Assembly (NCBI GenBank): GCA_905178155.1
Contig: CAJINV010000114.1
Span: 1 to 6,122, forward strand
DNA length: 6,122 nucleotides
Reading direction: 5' to 3'
From: Amoebophrya sp. A120
Taxonomy: Eukaryota; Protista; Dinoflagellata
A model generated the notes under the pieces. That model had not been told where the DNA came from and did no database searches. It saw only the letters and a program-made list of their open reading frames with translations. Every line of letters begins with the position of its first letter. The stretch's first letter is position 1. The translations under genes were made by a program, and so were the position numbers. This document shows positions 1 to 6,096 of the stretch, one piece after another.

Positions 1-248
1 CTATCTGTTATCGACGCACTAGTATGGGTACTAGTCGCAACCTGCAGGGGTGTGATGAGATATCAAGAGGATGGACAATATGCATGACAAACAGGATGGC
101 TACGGCTATCGGAGGAGGATCATGGATTTCAGATCGAGGGCACTACAAGCCCGAGGGATTTGACATCAGACCAGATTTGCATCGCGATTTACATCGTAGT
201 ATGCTTCTGATCGTCACTAGGTCATTTATGATTCCGATCTATCCAACA
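1..248 (-). repeat. LTR (U3 end at 248). The distal end is either at 6 or continues through the window junction to 6098.
   Basis: Begins TGTT directly after the PPT. A matching AACA end exists at 9..6 and also at 6101..6098. No second full copy is in the window, so LTR status rests on position and termini. Confidence 0.78.
157..197. repeat. Short degenerate repeats in U3
   Basis: GATTTGACATC (157..167), GATTTGCATCGC (174..185), GATTTACATCGT (186..197); a weaker copy GATTTCAGATCG is at 125..136. Confidence 0.75.
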
Positions 249-259
249 TTCCCCCTTCC
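249..259 (-). promoter_or_regulatory. 3' polypurine tract (plus-strand primer)
   Basis: Minus strand GGAAGGGGGAA is immediately followed by TGTTGG, 68 nt downstream of the pol stop. Confidence 0.85.
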
Positions 260-327
260 GAAGCTATAGTAACCACTGTTCACCTGTAGCATATACCTCA
301 TTCCTCCTTCCTTTTTGGCACAAACGA

Positions 328-3300
328 CTAGGCAAAGTCGTAGGGCTTTCCTTCGATCTGGATGGTCAATCCAGATGCTTTACTTAGCTTCGCAGTCAAC
401 ATCATAACAGTGGCGGGCTCTAGTACAATGGGCCGAAGGTCAGTCGACACATGAAACGCGCGCACTGTGTGAAGTTCTGCTTTTGGGTCCGTCTTGAACA
501 AAGACAAATATTTTTCACCAGGCAGGCCCTTGGTCAGGGGGTCGGCCTTGTTTACTTTTGTCGGCACAAAACACAAATCATGACAATGATCACGGACAAT
601 GTGATAACGCAAGTCAATATGTTTGGAACGCTTAGTGATGATACTACTCTTGCTGAGACTTAACGCACTTTGATTGTCTGTGAAAATGAGCGGAAGCGTT
701 TCCCCTTCAGTTTCCATAAACCAATCTGACCAGCCCTGGCACAAGCACATTTTGATCGTGTCATGAATCGCAACATACTCAGCCTCACACGTGCTGGAAG
801 CACGGACTGTCTGTCGTTTTGACGACCAAGCGACTGGACAACCACGATAATACAGGATACTACCGCTGGTGGACTTCAGTGTAACTGTACACCCTGCAAA
901 GTCGCTATCGCTGAAAGCACACAAATCAGGACAATCCCGACTGGCCTCCTTTGTCACTTTGGTGTAAACCGTGCGAAAATCTTCTTCAGCTTTTGGCGAG
1001 TATTCTAAACCGATATCCCGAGTTGCTTTCAAGTAGGCCAAAATCCGTTTTGCTGCTTTCACCGCTTGGGGTGTCGGATTTGCTACTTCTCTTGCAACAC
1101 GCTGCACCGCGTAGACAATGTCTACCCTGCACATACAAGCGATATATTGCAGGCTACCCACGAGGCTACGCAATGGGAATTTTGTTTCCGGTGCAGAAGT
1201 ATCAACTTCAGTAGTCTGAATTTCTGGCAACTGTCTTCCAGGAAGTACAGGCGTAGCAACTCCCCGACAATCAACCATATTGAATTTCTTCAAAACTCTG
1301 TCAATAGCCTCTGCCATGTGGATCCTCATGGTCTTTTTCGATGCGTTGTATTCCAGAGTGGCCCCCAGGAGGTCGAAAACTTCGCAACCCTTTTCAACTG
1401 GTTTCGCTTTCGGCGGGATCACTTTTCCAGGAAATTTGTCCAAAATTTTCCCCATCTCTTTGACGAGAATTTCTTCCGTGTCACCACTCATGACACAGTC
1501 ATCCACGTACACGCTCAACGTAAGAACGCCTTTACGGAACAACCCCGGCTCCCGTTCACACATCTTCCAACCTAGTTCCTCCAAAGTCTTCCTGTAGGTA
1601 TCGAACCAACGACGCGGGCTAATTCGAAGACCATAAAGAGACTTCAGTAGGCGCACGACATCACCTCTCGGAACAGTGCTCCAGTGCTTCGGAAGACGCA
1701 CGAAAACTCGCTCGTCACCTAAACTCGCACAAATGAACGCATTTGAAATGTCGAAAAATTTGATCCGTTTACCATTTGCAGCAGCGTCAACAAGTAGGGC
1801 TCTACTAGCTGCGTGCGAAATGGTAGGACTGTAAATTTCGCCACAGAGTTCTTTCGACTGTAAGTTTCCAAGTGCCACCAGCCGCGCTTTGTATGTTCCA
1901 CATCTATTCTTCGTGTAGATCACGCACGACGGCACAACTTCGTCGCCTTTTTGTGGTTTCTCGTCTACTGTCCAGCACTCTTTTGCTAAAAGTCTGAGTC
2001 GTTCAACATCGTCGGCCTCTATGTACTTCGGAGCATCAGGATCTCGAAGAATCTGCGCTCTGGTGAGTGACACCACATGAGCAAAAACTTCTTCACCTTC
2101 TTCCTCAATGCGCTTGGCATGGTACTCGTCCAAGTCTCGACCAAAGTCAAAATCATCAGGCAACTGAAATACGTTTCCAGCTTCTGCTGCTTTTGGCTTA
2201 GGACCTGGCTTTTTGCTTCCCGGTTTGTTCTTTGAACCTTTCGGGCGACCCTTTTTGTTGTTGACCACGACTGCAGGCTTCGGCTTTTGCTTTCTTTTCT
2301 TCTTGACGACCTTGGGCTTTGGGCGGGCGGGAGGTTCGTCAAGTTCTTCCGCTTCGGGAATAACTACCTCTTCCTCTGCTTGCGCAGCACTTTCCTCTTT
2401 GCCCCCTTCCACTGCTTTGCCCCCTTCCTCGACCTGTTGGTCTCCAGTAGCCCCATTGGGCCCCGAATCACCCTGGTCACGCGGAGCATCCTGATCGGGC
2501 TCATGACTTCCCGAGGGAGCCACCAACGGATCAGGCATGTTCGACACACACAATTTGTCGGGTGCGGCAAAGGGTACAAAGGAACCACGGTTCTTTTCGC
2601 GAAGATCGTCAATGTCGGCGATCGTACAAGATTCGTCAAACTTGCAGGATCTATTTTCGATCACAGTGAACATAAAACCAACTTTCGTTCGTTTGTCGTC
2701 ACGCCAAACACCCACTAAATAACAAGAATTATTCGAATACCCCAAGAATACACCACGTTCATACCGAACATCGAGCGCACCTAAGTCCGTCGATTTCGTA
2801 ACGTGCTTCCGAGCATAGCAAAGGACTCCGAATTTCTTGAAATACTTGAGCGAAGGCGCGCGATCGTGAACTTTTTCAAATGGACTCTTTTGCTCTTTCC
2901 GGGCTAACCGATTCCAAGTCCAGGCTATATACTTTGAACAATATGGCCAAAGACGAGGATCAACCCCGATCATATTCGCCCGCAGGGCATTTTTCGAAGT
3001 TTGGCTCCACCGTTCCACGACTCCATTACGTTGCGGCGTAAACGGCGCAGACGTAGTTGGCTCGATCGGAGGACTCTGCTTCAAGCAATACTTTCTCCAG
3101 TCACTTTTCTCGCCTCGAAAAGTAGGATCGTTATCGCTTCTCACCCGTTTGAGCTTTCCAACTTCTAAACACCACTCACGCAGACCTTTCCACGCTTCAT
3201 CCTTTTCCCGGTGAGGATAATTCTCTACCCAGCCATGGAATGTCTCCACCCCTGACAAAAGAAATTTCTCCCCATCAAGACCCAAAGGATAACCGTAGGC

Positions 3301-4779
3301 ATGACCCCAATCCACTTGATCTAGCCAAGCCTTTGGCTTACAGTGCTCCGGACGTTCTGACTTACACCCTTCTTGCCTCGACTTCGCTAAGTCACACAAC
3401 GGACAACGTCCATACTCAAGACCATCAATATGAAAGTGCCCAAACCTTTCATGTTGTCGAAGTCGCTCGGCGCGAGTCAGATTCACAAATGCTGGCTCGG
3501 ACCACGCGGCCCGGCTCTTTCCGTTTTGCAAATCTCCAGCCGTATCCAGCTCACTCAAGCTGTGGAACGCAAAATCTATTTGCGGCAAATTTGTTAAAGT
3601 GTCCCGGCGCATCGGAATTTTGAAACCTGTTTTCTTCTTCTGGAGGTAGAGCGCGTCTCTCCCCTCAAAAACTACCCGGCAGTCATTTTCGTCGTTCAAA
3701 AGACTTACCGACACCAAAAACAACTTTACGACAGGATGGTATAGGCCACCCATTAAACCTAAAGAGTTATGGTGGAAGTAACCACGGTAGGCGGGAGTGT
3801 CTAACGTTCGGTCGGCAACCGTTAACGTTACTGGATCATCCCAAAACACGATCTGAAAACAGCTCAAGTCCCCTGTCATGTGGTGCGAAGCACCACTATC
3901 AACAACTGCCGTTGTTTGAGTACCATCCGGGCGGATAGTAATCCCGTGGGCGCTTTTCCCGTTTCCCTTCGACAAAAGTGCAAATGTCAAAGATGAAACA
4001 GCGCCGGCGGACTTTTCGCCGTTTTGATCTGTTTGACCCTTTTCCCGCTCTTTTGACCAATCACCAAACCAGTCTTGTGCCTCCTGGTTTTCGTTTTTCT
4101 TGTCCCTGCCCTGGTGGTGACCATGCACCAAGACAGTGAAGCCCTTAGGAGTATCGGCAAAATCAAAAATTTGCTGATCTTTCACCCCGTTGCATGATTC
4201 CCCTACAAACTTGCACAAGTTAAAATAAGTCCAATCCACGCAGTTTCCTTCTGCTTTACGGGCGGAATCTGCCACCTCGTAATTTTTGTTCTTTGCCATC
4301 TCATGCGGGTTCGCTTTTCTTTTTAAATTGCTAGGATCATACAAGCGCGAAACCCCATGCAGAATAGGCATTTTTTGTAATGGATTTTCTTTCATTTTAG
4401 GTACTTTCACATTCTTAACACGAGCGGAATCAAGTAGAGATTTTTCAGCTTCAATCTTACATGTAGTACCTTTTAATTTTGAATCACGAGCGAACGGCAA
4501 ATCTTCAATCTTACAAATAGATGCTTTTTCATCGGAAATAGAGGCAGTATCAAGTACACACTGATTGGATATAGGTGCTGTATCAAATACATTTGTTTTG
4601 CTTTCAAGTACTTCGACATTGTACACAGAGGGAGATTGTAGTTTTTGATTGCATGTAACATTACTACTTTGACCAGAAGTAGAGCCTGTTTCACAAACAT
4701 GAACATTAGCAACATCGGTTTTTCGACGTTTAGCAGCATGAGAAATTTGACAATTCTCATCGGAACCCGGCCAGCTTCG
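328..4779 (-). CDS. pol: Pol polyprotein (PR-IN-RT-RNase H), in-frame continuation of gag beyond its TGA
   Basis: The ORF track starts it at GTG 4626, but the 51 codons 4779..4627 (RSWPGSDENCQISHAAKRRKTDVANVHVCETGSTSGQSSNVTCNQKLQSPS) are open in the same frame up to the gag stop. No stops occur until TAG at 330..328. Confidence 0.95.
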   Translation of the reverse strand, partial: RSWPGSDENCQISHAAKRRKTDVANVHVCETGSTSGQSSNVTCNQKLQSPSVYNVEVLESKTNVFDTAPISNQCVLDTASISDEKASICKIEDLPFARDSKLKGTTCKIEAEKSLLDSARVKNVKVPKMKENPLQKMPILHGVSRLYDPSNLKRKANPHEMAKNKNYEVADSARKAEGNCVDWTYFNLCKFVGESCNGVKDQQIFDFADTPKGFTVLVHGHHQGRDKKNENQEAQDWFGDWSKEREKGQTDQNGEKSAGAVSSLTFALLSKGNGKSAHGITIRPDGTQTTAVVDSGASHHMTGDLSCFQIVFWDDPVTLTVADRTLDTPAYRGYFHHNSLGLMGGLYHPVVKLFLVSVSLLNDENDCRVVFEGRDALYLQKKKTGFKIPMRRDTLTNLPQIDFAFHSLSELDTAGDLQNGKSRAAWSEPAFVNLTRAERLRQHERFGHFHIDGLEYGRCPLCDLAKSRQEGCKSERPEHCKPKAWLDQVDWGHAYGYPLGLDGEKFLLSGVETFHGWVENYPHREKDEAWKGLREWCLEVGKLKRVRSDNDPTFRGEKSDWRKYCLKQSPPIEPTTSAPFTPQRNGVVERWSQTSKNALRANMIGVDPRLWPYCSKYIAWTWNRLARKEQKSPFEKVHDRAPSLKYFKKFGVLCYARKHVTKSTDLGALDVRYERGVFLGYSNNSCYLVGVWRDDKRTKVGFMFTVIENRSCKFDESCTIADIDDLREKNRGSFVPFAAPDKLCVSNMPDPLVAPSGSHEPDQDAPRDQGDSGPNGATGDQQVEEGGKAVEGGKEESAAQAEEEVVIPEAEELDEPPARPKPKVVKKKRKQKPKPAVVVNNKKGRPKGSKNKPGSKKPGPKPKAAEAGNVFQLPDDFDFGRDLDEYHAKRIEEEGEEVFAHVVSLTRAQILRDPDAPKYIEADDVERLRLLAKECWTVDEKPQKGDEVVPSCVIYTKNRCGTYKARLVALGNLQSKELCGEIYSPTISHAASRALLVDAAANGKRIKFFDISNAFICASLGDERVFVRLPKHWSTVPRGDVVRLLKSLYGLRISPRRWFDTYRKTLEELGWKMCEREPGLFRKGVLTLSVYVDDCVMSGDTEEILVKEMGKILDKFPGKVIPPKAKPVEKGCEVFDLLGATLEYNASKKTMRIHMAEAIDRVLKKFNMVDCRGVATPVLPGRQLPEIQTTEVDTSAPETKFPLRSLVGSLQYIACMCRVDIVYAVQRVAREVANPTPQAVKAAKRILAYLKATRDIGLEYSPKAEEDFRTVYTKVTKEASRDCPDLCAFSDSDFAGCTVTLKSTSGSILYYRGCPVAWSSKRQTVRASSTCEAEYVAIHDTIKMCLCQGWSDWFMETEGETLPLIFTDNQSALSLSKSSIITKRSKHIDLRYHIVRDHCHDLCFVPTKVNKADPLTKGLPGEKYLSLFKTDPKAELHTVRAFHVSTDLRPIVLEPATVMMLTAKLSKASGLTIQIEGKPYDFA
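490..930 (-). other. RNase H domain, copia type (boundaries approximate)
   Basis: FSDSDFAG, STSG, WSSKRQ, SSTCEAEYVA, TDNQSA, RSKHIDLRYH and KADPLTKGL; all expected acidic residues are present. Confidence 0.96.
1240..1985 (-). other. Reverse transcriptase domain, copia type (boundaries approximate)
   Basis: YKARLVALG, YSPT, FFDISNAF, LLKSLYGLRISPRRW, VYVDD (YVDD at 1509..1498), LLG and ATP motifs. Confidence 0.97.
2397..2428. repeat. 14-bp direct repeat at 18-bp period in the IN-RT linker
   Basis: CTTTGCCCCCTTCC at 2397..2410 and 2415..2428, encoding EGGK twice. Confidence 0.9.
2630..3460 (-). other. Integrase domain (HHCC, catalytic core, GKGY-type C-terminal region; boundaries approximate)
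   Basis: HERFGH..CPLC (3453..3394); RVRSDN (Asp 3135..3133); PQRNGVVER (Glu 3015..3013); LW, WNR, SPFE and FG..CY..GVFLGY motifs. The first catalytic Asp position appears to be Gly (see findings). Confidence 0.93.
3580..3915 (-). other. Aspartic protease domain (boundaries approximate)
   Basis: VVDSGASHHMTGDLSCF with catalytic Asp at 3900..3898. Downstream VTLTVAD and LYHPVVKLFLVSVSLL match the copia PR pattern (VLYVP..NLLSVS.L). Confidence 0.92.
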
Positions 4780-5862
4780 TCAGTTGGGACAATCCTTACG
4801 AACATGTCCAAGCTGCTTGCACTTGTGACATTTGATCTTGGATTTGTCTCCACCGCCGCCTTTTCCCTTCTGCTGGTCTCCCTTGCCTCCTTTTCCGCCG
4901 CCCTTGTTGTTCTTCTGGTTGTTGTTCTTGTACGGGTGCTGGTTCTTGTTGACCCAGCGTCCACCCTTCTTCCCCTTCTGCGCAACAACTTCAGCAGCGA
5001 TCGCTTTGTGATCGGCCTGCGTCAAGTTGAGAGAAGCGGGCTTTGCGGTGTCCTCTTCGGTGCCCCCGTCTTTCAAGACGGATTCGCACTCCTCCGCCAA
5101 CTTCAACAAATTATCATTGTCCGGCTTGTCCTGAATGACGTGCGGCATGATAAAAGAATCGAAGGCGTTCCCGAGGTTGTAGAAGCATCCGAAAGTCATC
5201 AACTCGCTGCGGAAGACTTCACCGCCCAGATCATCTCGAAAGATGTTTTGTTTCCGCTGAACGAACTCCCTTACCGTTTGGTCTTTGTCCTTCCGGGTGG
5301 TTAGTAAATCCTTAAGCGACCGCATTCGGGCGAATTTGGTCCGCTTATCGAATTCCAACAACAACGCACCCCAAGCCGTACTAATGCAAACGACTGTCTT
5401 TTTCTTCACGACCTCCAGCGCGTCCCCAGTCAACGCCACGCACAAGCGAGCGAAGAACTGCGCACCGATGGCCCTCGTGTCATCCTTCCATCCGTCAATA
5501 GAAGGCGTTTTCAAGAAGTTTTCGATCAAAGTCAAGATACCCAACATCTGCAACAAGGCTTGCACCTTAAACCGCCAGTCCGACCATCCCTTCGGATTCC
5601 CGTCGTAGGGCGGAATAGAGTACTTTTCCACCTGGTTAGTGTCGACCATTGTGTTCAAAAGAAAACAATAATCGCGCTTAAATACAAACTCCCAATTTGT
5701 ATCCCAATCGAGATTGTGGAAATAGTTTGCAAATTGTGGGTCGCTAAGGTCTTCAACGTTCCAACCTTTGGAGCCGTAACACTTCGCGCCTAAAATGCAC
5801 AAATCTCTATGCTTTCCAAGTTCTCTAGCTACGCAACTAGCACCAAAGTGTCTGCATGACAT
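4780..5862 (-). CDS. gag: Gag (capsid plus nucleocapsid). The real start may be Met72 at 5649.
   Basis: 360-aa ORF. Copia-Gag-like N-terminal block IPPYDGNPKGWSDWRFKVQALL directly follows Met72. A Gly/Lys/Asn-rich basic tract leads into C-x2-C-x4-H-x4-C (CHKCKQLGHVRKDC). Ends TGA at 4782..4780. Confidence 0.92.
   Translation of the reverse strand: MSCRHFGASCVARELGKHRDLCILGAKCYGSKGWNVEDLSDPQFANYFHNLDWDTNWEFVFKRDYCFLLNTMVDTNQVEKYSIPPYDGNPKGWSDWRFKVQALLQMLGILTLIENFLKTPSIDGWKDDTRAIGAQFFARLCVALTGDALEVVKKKTVVCISTAWGALLLEFDKRTKFARMRSLKDLLTTRKDKDQTVREFVQRKQNIFRDDLGGEVFRSELMTFGCFYNLGNAFDSFIMPHVIQDKPDNDNLLKLAEECESVLKDGGTEEDTAKPASLNLTQADHKAIAAEVVAQKGKKGGRWVNKNQHPYKNNNQKNNKGGGKGGKGDQQKGKGGGGDKSKIKCHKCKQLGHVRKDCPN
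4789..4830 (-). other. CCHC zinc knuckle of Gag nucleocapsid
   Basis: TGT CAC AAG TGC AAG CAG CTT GGA CAT GTT CGT AAG GAT TGT = CHKCKQLGHVRKDC. Confidence 0.96.
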
Positions 5863-6083
5863 TTAATTTCTTTTCTAAATTTTGCAGATAGACTTCTTGA
5901 AGTTGTGGGGGTGCGTTTTCAACAAATGCGTTCAAATTTGTAATGCTAATTCTGCAATTTTACAAGTAAATCTTACAAGATGTAGTGGCTGTTTTTCAAA
6001 TTTTCTACACAAGAAAATCAGTAAAAATTGTAGTTGCAAGTTTTCTAAACATCAAGAAAACTACTAAAATTTTGGCTGAATAA

Positions 6084-6096
6084 AGGTGCGACTAGA
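6084..6096 (-). promoter_or_regulatory. Putative non-canonical primer-binding site (TCTAGTCGCACCT)
   Basis: Sits 1-2 nt inside the inferred LTR end. No TGG occurs on the element strand in 6097..5863. It is complementary to LTR segments 31..43 and 6108..6117. Confidence 0.5.

Noticed and set aside
1-5. CTATC/GATAG window ends as a TSD or as DNA-transposon terminal inverted repeats
   Set aside because: A TSD must be a direct repeat. The inverted match is only 5 bp and no transposase is encoded. It is better explained as a palindrome split by the window junction.
24-269. 81-aa antisense ORF across the LTR
   Set aside because: Short, with no recognisable motif, and it runs over the PPT; compatible with chance.
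1-327. Hammerhead ribozyme in the LTR or 3' UTR (retrozyme-like)
   Set aside because: No CUGANGA core with a properly placed GAAA was found on either strand by eye. An Infernal/Rfam scan would be needed to exclude other ribozyme classes.
451-4564. Other short ORFs overlapping pol on either strand
   Set aside because: All are nested within the intact pol frame and have no domain signatures.
4624-4626. GTG start of the 1432-aa Pol ORF
   Set aside because: ORF-caller artefact: the frame is open upstream to the gag TGA, and this is a eukaryotic element.
4780-4782. Alternative genetic code (UGA=Trp) or selenocysteine
   Set aside because: There is only one in-frame TGA in 1845 codons while the Trp codons checked are TGG. 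The site is not catalytic and no SECIS was recognised.
4794-4799. GTAAGG splice-donor-like word just upstream of the gag stop
   Set aside because: The exon side is weak (TTC|GT), no acceptor can be pinned down, and the downstream region stays open in frame, unlike an intron. It is kept only as an alternative to test with RNA-seq.
4473-4988. 171-aa overlapping minus-strand ORF as a frameshift bridge between gag and pol
   Set aside because: Gag and pol already share a frame, so two compensating shifts would be needed. The product is a low-complexity shadow of the Gag basic tract.
4645-5608. Plus-strand ORFs of 219 aa and 107 aa (hydrophobic, env-like at a glance)
   Set aside because: These are antisense shadows of Lys/Asn/Gln-rich gag codons. 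They have no recognisable motifs and are in the wrong position and strand for env.
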